Below, one piece after another: positions 55,508-64,000 of a DNA stretch of 64,000 nt. Origin of the DNA: a virus (lineage: Duplodnaviria; Caudoviricetes); IMG/VR virus record IMGVR_UViG_3300034073_002120. One strand, written 5' to 3'. Both the position numbers and the translations under genes were made by a program. The notes below the pieces were generated by a model. That model was not told where the DNA came from. It made no database searches and saw only the letters and a list, made by a program, of their open reading frames with translations. Every line of letters begins with the position of its first letter. Position 1 is the first letter of the stretch.

Positions 55508-56277
55508 TATAAAGTTTTAATTATTTCTAAATCTTTTAAGTAATTTACAATTTCATAATTTCGCCAATCATCCGAAATCCATCCTTCTTTTTGCATCCAA
55601 GGTTCAACTAATTTTTTATTTACAACTACATCACCTCCACCGCATTGTATTATGACCTGTAATATACAATCAGACCAACCTATTAATTTTGTTTGAGTAA
55701 AAATAGTATCATAGTATTTCCATAATAAATCTTTACACAAGTCCCACCCTACAATAAAATCAGAAACATTAATTATACATCCACCGCAACAACCATATGT
55801 AGTATTTTGAGTATTACCATTAACCAATTTTATAAAATCTAATATAATCGGTGGAATTGGATTATTATTTTTAACTACTGCAGCACCAAAATTTGTTTTT
55901 ATTATACTAATTGGTTTAAGTATGAAAACATCTTCTTCTAAGATAATCATATAGGTTGAATTAGTTTTAATACATGCTTGATATATACCATTTAACCATT
56001 CGAATGCATTTTCTTTTGGCCAACCCAATCTTCCAATATTATGGTTTGATGCATCGAAATTTCCACAATACCCAACCTTAATTGAATTTATAGAAAAATT
56101 AGCATTCCATTTATTTGATATAGTTTTGTAAGTATCAATATCACCATCAATGTCTACTCTGCAAAATAAATCTTCGGTTTGATAAATTTTTCTAAATAAT
56201 TCGAATGTTTTATTTCCTGCTATTGTATTTTTATACCCCCACAAATATGCACTAAGATTGTTTCCCATACTTTTCAA
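55507..56277 (-). CDS. glycosyltransferase-like
   Basis: MIILEEDV, YGCCGG, WSD. Confidence 0.55.
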   Translation of the reverse strand: MKSMGNNLSAYLWGYKNTIAGNKTFELFRKIYQTEDLFCRVDIDGDIDTYKTISNKWNANFSINSIKVGYCGNFDASNHNIGRLGWPKENAFEWLNGIYQACIKTNSTYMIILEEDVFILKPISIIKTNFGAAVVKNNNPIPPIILDFIKLVNGNTQNTTYGCCGGCIINVSDFIVGWDLCKDLLWKYYDTIFTQTKLIGWSDCILQVIIQCGGGDVVVNKKLVEPWMQKEGWISDDWRNYEIVNYLKDLEIIKTL

Positions 56278-56920
56278 AAAATTCTGCAGGTGATATTAAA
56301 TTTAATATATGAGTTTTATTTTTAGAAAATGTTTCCCACTCTAAACATTCTGATAATGTGAAATCGGTAATTTTTGTATTTTTCCCCTTACTAATAACAC
56401 CAACACCATAATCAGTATCAACTACATTAATATCTAAATCAATATCACTACATCTTAATTTTACAATAGATTTCCAAACATCACCATTCCATGCTGTTGC
56501 CTGTCTTGGAACTAATTGTGATTCGTAACTAACGGGATTACAATCATGTAATAATATAAACCCACTATCATTCAAATGATTTAAACAATTTTGAATATCA
56601 ATATCAACTTGTTGTGATTCATGCAATCCATCTATAAAAGCTATATCATATTTTTTATCTTTAATTTCAGTCAATTCAAAGAAATCATTAGATGTCATTT
56701 TATAATTTATTTCAGGACATGAAACATTTTCTTCTACAACAGGGTCAACACCATCTTTATTTTTTGCTTTTACATTTCGAATACAATTACCAAAGGCAAC
56801 TCCGATTTCTAAATAATCATTAAAATTATATTGTTCTATTAAAAAATTAGTTAAATCATATCTTTTAATTAAAGATTTTTCTTGTTCAATCACAAGAGGG
56901 TCATTTGTGTTATTTACCAT
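56252..56920 (-). CDS. class I SAM methyltransferase (Methyltransf_24-like)
   Basis: YLEIGV, FIDGLHE, ILLHDC, WNGDVWK. Confidence 0.85.
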   Translation of the reverse strand: MVNNTNDPLVIEQEKSLIKRYDLTNFLIEQYNFNDYLEIGVAFGNCIRNVKAKNKDGVDPVVEENVSCPEINYKMTSNDFFELTEIKDKKYDIAFIDGLHESQQVDIDIQNCLNHLNDSGFILLHDCNPVSYESQLVPRQATAWNGDVWKSIVKLRCSDIDLDINVVDTDYGVGVISKGKNTKITDFTLSECLEWETFSKNKTHILNLISPAEFFEKYGKQS

Positions 56921-56923
56921 ATT

Positions 56924-57553
56924 TTATTTAAATTTTCCTATTCTAAATTTGTTTGAAATTTGTATTGTAGATTCTTTATCATCTATAAAATATATATCTG
57001 AAACATCTAATTTGGTTGTTAAAAACTTATAAAGACAATGAAATAAACCAGGACAAAAATGGGTACTTTTACCTAACCAAGTTTCTTTTAAGGAAACAAT
57101 TACATCATTTAACATATATTTTGGAAATGCATAGAATGTATCTGATGTTAAATTTGTCGTATCCCAACTATTTAATTCTTTAAATAGAAAATTAAACTTT
57201 TCAAAATTAATATTAATATTACAAAAAATATCTAAATCAAACCTTGTTGTTATAATAAAATCTATTTCTTCATTTCTTAATACTTCTAACGAATTTATAT
57301 AAGTATTTGCAGCAAGTTCAGCAGAATTACTAGTTGTTGCATCTAAAATTGTATATTTGGTTGGTTTATATATTTCTAATATATTATTCGTTTCGGATGT
57401 TTTATATGTATAAAGATAAATTTTAATATCATTATCTTTTTTAAGTGGATTTATTACATATTTAAATAAATTTTCATAACCATCCATATATGTATGCATA
57501 CCATTTCCTAAATTGTTATGAGATAATCCTGCTATGTTTATTGCAATATTCAT
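56924..57553 (-). CDS. glycan-locus hypothetical protein
   Basis: IAINIAG, ITTRFDL, SDTFY pattern typical of polysaccharide loci. Confidence 0.5.
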   Translation of the reverse strand: MNIAINIAGLSHNNLGNGMHTYMDGYENLFKYVINPLKKDNDIKIYLYTYKTSETNNILEIYKPTKYTILDATTSNSAELAANTYINSLEVLRNEEIDFIITTRFDLDIFCNININFEKFNFLFKELNSWDTTNLTSDTFYAFPKYMLNDVIVSLKETWLGKSTHFCPGLFHCLYKFLTTKLDVSDIYFIDDKESTIQISNKFRIGKFK

Positions 57554-57984
57554 TATTTATATTTTTCTATATAATCGGAACATATTCCTATACACTTAGA
57601 AATATCATCATTATAAATTTCTGGCATTACTGCTATACTTCCAATTATAGATTGTTTACCTGGATACACCCACATATATTGTTTTGATGTTAGAGTTAGT
57701 GTATCTTCTTCATGCCAAAAGTAGTGTAGGATGGTACTGCGAATCCAATTTAATGATTCTACATTTTTACAATGCACCCAAAGTTTAGAAACCCTATCAC
57801 CCAACCACATATCATCTATTTCATATTGTGGGGTATCGTGACCTAAATACGTTCTCCCATCTATAAACCACAAATCAATTTCAACATCGTATCCTGCATG
57901 AATTGCTTCATCGATATAATCTGGATGATTTTCGTTTTGTGGTAATTTACCATTTATATTTCCTCTGTGTGATATTAGTATCAT
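57553..57984 (-). CDS. GDPD/PLC-like phosphodiesterase, short
   Basis: ISHRGN, VEIDLW, LGHD, WVHCKN, CSD. Confidence 0.75.
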   Translation of the reverse strand: MILISHRGNINGKLPQNENHPDYIDEAIHAGYDVEIDLWFIDGRTYLGHDTPQYEIDDMWLGDRVSKLWVHCKNVESLNWIRSTILHYFWHEEDTLTLTSKQYMWVYPGKQSIIGSIAVMPEIYNDDISKCIGICSDYIEKYK

Positions 57985-59342
57985 TTATAATTTTCCAAAT
58001 AATATTTTAAATCTTCAGGTGTTCCCAACCCCCACATCTTTTCAATATTGAATGTTTTAATTTTCTTATCATCACCAATTGCTTCATTAAATACTGGACA
58101 AGTATAAAATTCATTATTAGTTCTGATATTCTTTTCAATCATTTGTTCTGCATACTTTACATAATCAGAACCTTTAGCCCAATAGTAAACACCAACCGTT
58201 GCTATATCTGAAATCGGATTCTTTTCTGCTACTTCGGTGACATATCCATATTCATCTACTTTTGCAAATGACCATTTAGGATGTGTTGCATTGAATGTAA
58301 CAATCCCACCATCTACTTCTTGTTCAATCATTTTATACATAAACTCATTACTATCCCACTCTAAGAATTGGTCAGAGTTTGCCATAACTAATGGAGCATC
58401 ATTATCAATAAACTCCTTTGCTAATAATGTTGTACATGCAGCACCTTCGGTTAAACCATTTACTTCTACAATCTTACAATTAGGAGTAATTAAGTTTAAT
58501 AGAGTATCTAAATTATATTTCTCTCTATGTTCTTTTTGTACTACATAAATAAATGTTGCATCAATATTCAAATTATCCACTACAACTTGAATCATAGGTT
58601 TACCATCAACTTCAATTAAAGGTTTTGGAAATGTATATCCTGCTTGTTGGAATCTACTTCCTGCTCCTGCCATTGGAATAAGAACATTCATCTTTCCACC
58701 TTGCCATTTTGGAATACTCATATGTTTATTTTCTTTTAATTTTGTTTCTATTTTTTCTATTGTTAAATCTGATGGATTATCAACTCTCAACACATTTGCC
58801 CTACTTCTACTTGCGGCAAGTAATCCATGTGGAGAATCTTCCACAATTAAGGTTTCTTCTGGTAGACATTCCATCATACTCATTGCTTTCCAATACATTT
58901 CAGGATGTGGTTTAGAGTTCTTCACATCTTCATTAGAGATGATTAAATCCATAAACTCAATAATACCAATCTTTGCTAACATTACTAATACCGAACGTCT
59001 AATTGAGTTCGATGCCACTGCTAACTTATAACCTCTATCTCTCAATTCTTTAAACAATTCAATCTTTTGTAAATCAGGTTGTAATTGTGAAATTGCTTCA
59101 ATAGTTAGATGTTGTTTTCTAAACCAAATTTTTTCGTAAAACTCTGGGTGTAATCCTTTGTTCTTTGTAAGCATTTCAAGTTTTTGAGTGGTTTTTAATC
59201 CATCGTAAATTGAAAGATGTTCTGCTTCAGATATAACATACTCTTCCCCAATTTCATTTAGGGCTTCATTTAATGTATCGTAATGTATTTTCTTTGCTTC
59301 TACTAATACACCATCCAAATCAAATATAATTAGTTTTGTCAT
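57981..59342 (-). CDS. HAD phosphatase fused to sugar-phosphate nucleotidyltransferase
   Basis: FDLDGVL...KPHP...EDS; IPMAGAGSRF...PKPLI...GLGTPEDL; start refined. Confidence 0.88.
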   Translation of the reverse strand: MTKLIIFDLDGVLVEAKKIHYDTLNEALNEIGEEYVISEAEHLSIYDGLKTTQKLEMLTKNKGLHPEFYEKIWFRKQHLTIEAISQLQPDLQKIELFKELRDRGYKLAVASNSIRRSVLVMLAKIGIIEFMDLIISNEDVKNSKPHPEMYWKAMSMMECLPEETLIVEDSPHGLLAASRSRANVLRVDNPSDLTIEKIETKLKENKHMSIPKWQGGKMNVLIPMAGAGSRFQQAGYTFPKPLIEVDGKPMIQVVVDNLNIDATFIYVVQKEHREKYNLDTLLNLITPNCKIVEVNGLTEGAACTTLLAKEFIDNDAPLVMANSDQFLEWDSNEFMYKMIEQEVDGGIVTFNATHPKWSFAKVDEYGYVTEVAEKNPISDIATVGVYYWAKGSDYVKYAEQMIEKNIRTNNEFYTCPVFNEAIGDDKKIKTFNIEKMWGLGTPEDLKYYLENYK

Positions 59343-60094
59343 TTTCCGTATTTTGCCCAATCGTTATGTTTGAATAATCCTTCATTATGTCCAACTTTGA
59401 AATCTTGTCTTGGCCACCAATACGCAATCTTTCTTTCTAAATCAATTCCTTCACCCATAAATGGTTCAATTACATTTAAGTAGAATTCTTTTCTATATAG
59501 ACATGGATTATTTGTCCAATTACCATAACGAGATGTAGTATGGAACATATCTCCTATTTTTTGTATTTGTTCTGGAAATTCTATATCAGATTCACACCAG
59601 TGTATTGAATCTAAAAGATGTGGTGATGTAACTTCGTGCCAATCATCATAGTAAGTTAGTTCTCTACCTTTGTATTGAAATGAAAAGTGTGGATGACCGG
59701 GGTCTTTTCTATGTCTTAAACGAACTACATCCAAACCCATTTCTATTGCTGAAATGCTTTGACTTAAAGTTTTATATGTAGTTTCTTTATTTTCTATTAA
59801 ATTCCAATCATGCTCTAAAATTAAAACATAATCAGTTTGTGCATTTTCGGTTAAACGTTTGAATGCTTTACCAATACCTATATTTTGTTGTAATCCAATA
59901 CAATCAATACCAAAATGTGATGCAATCTTTACATCCTCTTCCGTTACTTCTTGAAAAAGAATAGTAATATCATTTACAATATCTAACAACCCATTTTGGT
60001 AATAAGTTGTCAAAGTATCTACCAGAACTTGACCAGAATGCCATGCAAGAATTCCTACTGAAATTGGTAGTTTAGTTGTAGTATTGTTTAACAT
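59339..60094 (-). CDS. GT2-like glycosyltransferase
   Basis: ISVGILAW, NIGIG, LEHDW, WTNNP. Confidence 0.7.
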   Translation of the reverse strand: MLNNTTTKLPISVGILAWHSGQVLVDTLTTYYQNGLLDIVNDITILFQEVTEEDVKIASHFGIDCIGLQQNIGIGKAFKRLTENAQTDYVLILEHDWNLIENKETTYKTLSQSISAIEMGLDVVRLRHRKDPGHPHFSFQYKGRELTYYDDWHEVTSPHLLDSIHWCESDIEFPEQIQKIGDMFHTTSRYGNWTNNPCLYRKEFYLNVIEPFMGEGIDLERKIAYWWPRQDFKVGHNEGLFKHNDWAKYGK

Positions 60095-60824
60095 GCTCCC
60101 AAATTTGTTTTATGATATGTTTTTTATTTGTATGACCTCCCATTCTATTACCTGTAAAATGCCATACATATGAATCGTTTATAAATTCACCATCATCGTA
60201 TTTACTCATCACCATATTGTTCCATTCCCACCCTAAAAACTTAATATCTTTTGGTAAGAATCCATCATCATCCACATATAAATCATACATAATAATATTT
60301 ACAGGTGTTTGTTCACATGCATTCGGACCAGTTGGACCTACTTTATAAAATGATGACCAATACTCATGATATTTTGGAATTTCCTTTCTGATTTGTAAAT
60401 ACTTTTCTTTTGAAAGAAATACAAAACCAGTATTACAATAATTCATTGGCGGGGTTTTTATATTTGGGTTTAATTCTATCCATTGGTCTAAATGATATTT
60501 ACCAGAACCAAAACCTCCCGCATCTCTAACCATACACATCGTATAATCCTTAGTAACTTCAAAGATATTAGGTGCATCCCAACGAATCATAGTATCGGAA
60601 TCGACTAAAATAACTTTATCATAATCTAATTCAACCAACCTTTCATCGTACCAGGGCTCATAACAACCATTACCCCATGGCTCAAAATCGTATTCTTTTT
60701 TTTCATTTGCAATGATTAGTTGAATATCCCATTTTTTACAATAGTATTTCCAACTTTCAATACCTTCCGGCCAGAAAGAATCGAAACCATTATATGCAGG
60801 TATGAATATTAAATTTTTACTCAT
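60072..60824 (-). CDS. GT8/GT34-like glycosyltransferase
   Basis: LVDSD..IRWDAPNIF, CNTG, EQTPVN, VWHF. Confidence 0.7.
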   Translation of the reverse strand: MSKNLIFIPAYNGFDSFWPEGIESWKYYCKKWDIQLIIANEKKEYDFEPWGNGCYEPWYDERLVELDYDKVILVDSDTMIRWDAPNIFEVTKDYTMCMVRDAGGFGSGKYHLDQWIELNPNIKTPPMNYCNTGFVFLSKEKYLQIRKEIPKYHEYWSSFYKVGPTGPNACEQTPVNIIMYDLYVDDDGFLPKDIKFLGWEWNNMVMSKYDDGEFINDSYVWHFTGNRMGGHTNKKHIIKQIWEHVKQYYN

Positions 60825-61453
60825 TTTTGTAATTCAGAATAATAATTATTTTGTTTCTCTTGTCTTACTATATCTTTATGATGGTATAGTGAGAATTGTT
60901 CCTCTGCTGGGAAATTTGAGAACGTATTATAACCTGTAATTTGTTCATGAACTTTATTCATCCAAACTACATCATCAGTATTTTTGTAAATTCTTGTTTG
61001 ATAATCTGGAAAATTTACCCATCCCTTTTCATTCACATTCCATTTCCATTTTTGAATATGTTCGTTGGTTAAACCTTTGACAGTATTAACTCTTGGAACG
61101 AATACAATATCGACTGGATTTGATTCTAATACATCACCCAAAATTTCAATTAAATATTCATGTGGAACTTCATCCGCATCAATTTGAAAAATATAATCTT
61201 TAGTGCAGAATGATTTTAAATTATTTTTGAATGATGCAAAATCATTATCAAGCGGAAATGAAATGAGTTTATGATTATCATGTATCATATCAATTACATT
61301 CAGATATTCTTTGACTTCTTGAGTTGCAGATGAAGAATCATATTGAATTACGATTTCATCTTCCTCTCTAATATGTAATTGTAAAAAGTTTAATAATGTA
61401 GTTATTTCTTCCAACTCATTACAAACTGTAATTGCGTAACTAATACTAGCCAT
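60821..61453 (-). CDS. GT2 glycosyltransferase
   Basis: AITVCNE, FQIDADE, FPDYQTR, VHEQI. Confidence 0.8.
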   Translation of the reverse strand: MASISYAITVCNELEEITTLLNFLQLHIREEDEIVIQYDSSSATQEVKEYLNVIDMIHDNHKLISFPLDNDFASFKNNLKSFCTKDYIFQIDADEVPHEYLIEILGDVLESNPVDIVFVPRVNTVKGLTNEHIQKWKWNVNEKGWVNFPDYQTRIYKNTDDVVWMNKVHEQITGYNTFSNFPAEEQFSLYHHKDIVRQEKQNNYYSELQK

Positions 61454-61967
61454 CGTTTTCGTTTATTTCTTGTTTAATATCATCTTTTCTTGTAGATGCA
61501 GTATTACCTTCTTTAAATATTTTTTGTAAAAATCCTTCTTCAAAGCGAATTTCCCAAACATTTTGAATCTTATCTAAAAAATATGTTCGGTAATTATCTA
61601 AAATAGATGAATATACTTTTGGATTATTTTTTATATATCCTTCAAAAAGTTGTTTACCATCTCTTGGTAATAATTTTAATAATTCTTCAAGTGGTTGATT
61701 TGCCTGAATAGGTTTACTTTTATTTCTTAATTTATTTAAAAGAGATATAAAATTATCAGGTAAAATATGTGTCAATAATAGACAGTGTATTTTACCATTT
61801 ACTTTACCAATCACAAATACATAACGAGATTCTAATCCAACTTTTGTAGGAGGTGTTCCATCTTTATATGTTGATATACGATAGATGTTTCTTGGTAAAA
61901 TTTGATTTTTACCAACTCTAACTTCAGGTGTAAGAATTTCTTTATATTGATTTGTGAAATTTCTCAT
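61446..61967 (-). CDS. hypothetical protein (weak similarity to T4 gp2-like DNA end protectors)
   Basis: ORF; IHCLLL and YRTY motifs only suggestive. Confidence 0.6.
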   Translation of the reverse strand: MRNFTNQYKEILTPEVRVGKNQILPRNIYRISTYKDGTPPTKVGLESRYVFVIGKVNGKIHCLLLTHILPDNFISLLNKLRNKSKPIQANQPLEELLKLLPRDGKQLFEGYIKNNPKVYSSILDNYRTYFLDKIQNVWEIRFEEGFLQKIFKEGNTASTRKDDIKQEINENDG

Positions 61968-63229
61968 TATAATTTCTTAATTTGTGGTAATTTTAACGGA
62001 ATGTGTTCTACTACTTTAACATATTTTGTTAATATTTTACCAAATTCTTCTGTCATCTTACTTAATGAGAATTTATTTTTAATATTACTACTTAATCCTT
62101 TAGATTGTTCTGAATATTTTGAATAATTCTTAAATAAATCTAACATCTTTTGTGCTGCAGATGAATAATTTACTGAAAACCACTGTGATTCTGCTAATAA
62201 AAATTGATTAGCTGCAGATGAGTGAACCGGTGTTAATTGTCCATCTAAATAGATTGTGTTATTTTCAGGTAAAAAATCAACATGACCACTCCATTTTGAA
62301 ACTATGATAGGTTTACCCGTCACTGCAAATTCTGCAAGTGGTCTACCATATCCCTCACCTTTTGTAAATGAAATCATAGTTTTTACTTTTGGGTGATTGT
62401 ATAAATTTGCTATTTCGGTAGGATTCATATCACCAAATAATAAATATATAGGTGGACATTGTTTACCATATTCACTAGTCAATTCTTTTATTTTAATAGT
62501 AATGGATTCTCTATCCATAACACTAAATCCAGCAGTTGATGTTTTCAGAATTAATCCTGGTTGTTTATCCTTTGGGGTATTCTTAAAGATTGTGCAGAAT
62601 GTTTTAATTAACATACCAACATCTTTTCTATCTTGGCCTAAATCACCAGATAACCAGTGTCCCACAAACAAAAAGTTAAAATCAGTTTCAATTCCTTCCA
62701 ACACATCTACTTTTTCATCTGAATTTGCGTAGATACTTAAATCAACTCCTTCAAATAAAACCTCAATCGGTTTTGTTACGGATATATCTCTAATCTTTTG
62801 ATTAGTTCTTTTATCAACTTCACTAAATGAGGTTGATTCTAATACTTTTTTTGTAAATTCAGATGGAACTAATATTAAATCCATTTTATTACATCCATCA
62901 ATAAAATCTTTTGGTGCAATAGTAGTTTCAACTCCGGCAGTTACTCCGATATTATATTTACCAAGTGGTTGAAATTCATTAGCAACTGTTACTTGAACGT
63001 AAACATCTGGTTGTTTTTCTAATGATGTGATGATATTGTTTAATATCTTTTGACCAAATTCGGTAGTTGCATCAATTTGATTTTGAGGTGTATTACCCCA
63101 TCTTGTAGGTACAATTTTTACATCGTATTTATCTAAATCAAATAAACTCTGTAATAAATCTCTAGCGTGGTCTCCATAACCAGAACGTGTTGCAACAGGT
63201 CCTTGAAATACTAATAATGGTTTACTCAT
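61967..63229 (-). CDS. GT4-like glycosyltransferase (GT-B)
   Basis: SGYGDHARD, GEGYGRPLAEF, SKWSGHVDF. Confidence 0.85.
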   Translation of the reverse strand: MSKPLLVFQGPVATRSGYGDHARDLLQSLFDLDKYDVKIVPTRWGNTPQNQIDATTEFGQKILNNIITSLEKQPDVYVQVTVANEFQPLGKYNIGVTAGVETTIAPKDFIDGCNKMDLILVPSEFTKKVLESTSFSEVDKRTNQKIRDISVTKPIEVLFEGVDLSIYANSDEKVDVLEGIETDFNFLFVGHWLSGDLGQDRKDVGMLIKTFCTIFKNTPKDKQPGLILKTSTAGFSVMDRESITIKIKELTSEYGKQCPPIYLLFGDMNPTEIANLYNHPKVKTMISFTKGEGYGRPLAEFAVTGKPIIVSKWSGHVDFLPENNTIYLDGQLTPVHSSAANQFLLAESQWFSVNYSSAAQKMLDLFKNYSKYSEQSKGLSSNIKNKFSLSKMTEEFGKILTKYVKVVEHIPLKLPQIKKL

Positions 63230-63494
63230 TTCTTAATCGTTTTCTTTGTTCTTCTTGTTTTATACATCTATCGATTGACATTTCAACCAACTTTGTAATA
63301 TTTTGTAATGTATTTGGTTCGTGTGGTGAATTAAACATTTGAAACTTTACGTTTTCAACTTCTCTATCTGCCAAAACGAATATATAGTAATCATCTACTA
63401 TACCGGGAGTTTTATATATACTCTCACGAGTTTTTTCTACCCTTTCTTGTTCCCAATCACCGGGAAGTCTTATTATGAATATAGGTTTACTCAT
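63222..63494 (-). CDS. hypothetical protein
   Basis: Start refined to MSKPIF. Confidence 0.65.
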   Translation of the reverse strand: MSKPIFIIRLPGDWEQERVEKTRESIYKTPGIVDDYYIFVLADREVENVKFQMFNSPHEPNTLQNITKLVEMSIDRCIKQEEQRKRLRNE

Positions 63495-63495
63495 A

Positions 63496-63930
63496 TTATT
63501 TACCAGTTGAACCGAAGCCTCCTTTACCTCTATCTGATTCTGATAATTCATCTACTTCAATCAAATCAACTTGTGGATGTGGAATAATAATGATTTGACA
63601 AACTCTATCACCAACATCATATAAAAATCCACCTTCCTCAGCCATTACTCTCTTTCTATTGAAAGTTGCCTGTAATTCTCCTCTATAACCACTATCGATT
63701 ACACCAACCGAATTACTTAATTGTAAATCAGTATTTCGTATCGATGAACGTGGGAATACTAATCCTACAAATCCTTCAGGTATTTCTAATGCAATACCCA
63801 ATCCATAAGTAATTTGAGTAGGAGTATTTGATATGATTGAGGTTGCCACCAAATCCAATCCTGCATCACTTTCTTTTGCATATTTTGGAATTACAGCATT
63901 AGGATGTAACTTTTTTATTTTTACTTTCAT
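63496..63930 (-). CDS. dut: trimeric dUTPase
   Basis: AGLDL, PRSS, GVIDSGYRGE, RVCQ, RGKGGFGSTG. Confidence 0.95.
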   Translation of the reverse strand: MKVKIKKLHPNAVIPKYAKESDAGLDLVATSIISNTPTQITYGLGIALEIPEGFVGLVFPRSSIRNTDLQLSNSVGVIDSGYRGELQATFNRKRVMAEEGGFLYDVGDRVCQIIIIPHPQVDLIEVDELSESDRGKGGFGSTGK

Positions 63931-63931
63931 T

Positions 63932-64000
63932 TTATGCTATTTTATATAAATTAAATCTTTGTTTTGGTTTCCAATTTTCTAAAGCAGTATCCATACCATC
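63932..64000 (-). CDS. 3' end of a gene entering the window (possibly a glycosyltransferase)
   Basis: ...DGMDTALENWKPKQRFNLYKIA-stop. Confidence 0.55.
   Translation of the reverse strand, partial: DGMDTALENWKPKQRFNLYKIA

Noticed and set aside
873-62732. Plus-strand ORFs in the supplied track
   Set aside because: Nearly all are antisense shadows of well-supported minus-strand genes, with biased hydrophobic composition and no motifs. 873-1079 is not a shadow but has no supporting features.
1-64000. Stop-codon reassignment
   Set aside because: Long recognisable genes are intact in code 11 and abut each other; no TAG or TGA interruptions were seen
1-64000. DGR, retron, integrase, transposase or intron
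   Set aside because: No RT, recombinase or transposase motifs, and no split genes were noticed
1-64000. Bacterial chromosome, plasmid or eukaryotic giant-virus origin
   Set aside because: Single-strand gene packing, GH19 endolysin, homing endonuclease, T4-like virion modules and bacterial promoters fit a large phage; no housekeeping operons are present

Overview
This is a 64-kb segment of a large, AT-rich, lytic-type tailed-phage genome, probably a jumbo or T4-like environmental phage. Almost all genes lie on the minus strand and use the standard code. The host is very probably Bacteroidota: ten promoters read TTTG-N20-TAnnTT(A/T)(G/A), and there is a DUF4494-like gene, domains resembling T9SS C-terminal sorting domains (CTD), and D-S/T-hydrophobic O-glycosylation sequons. 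No capsid, terminase or polymerase gene is in the window. Main content: (i) two large glycan or surface-modification clusters (DegT aminotransferase, split HldE kinase and adenylyltransferase with a cupin, sulfotransferase-like genes plus APS kinase, amidinotransferase, 2OG-Fe(II) oxygenases, methyltransferases, eight SGNH-like paralogs, about ten glycosyltransferases); (ii) early accessory genes (MoxR AAA plus vWA, APRT, SAH nucleosidase, a DNA methyltransferase with NUMOD1-like repeats, ferredoxin); (iii) putative virion-internal proteins sharing an N-terminal M-(I)-K/S-L-K-x-I/L-L-x-E motif; (iv) a GH19 endolysin and an overlapping spanin-like pair; (v) an ~11-kb cell-envelope module (two CsgG-like proteins, cohesin/dockerin/C-type-lectin proteins, free-standing lipoproteins resembling T9SS CTDs, a beta-barrel protein with a low-complexity stalk, and a PlcP/LpxH-like phosphoesterase plus GT2). 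Module (v) is the best candidate for an undescribed system. There is also a 43-nt tRNA-like minihelix. All product calls come from motifs read by eye, not database searches.
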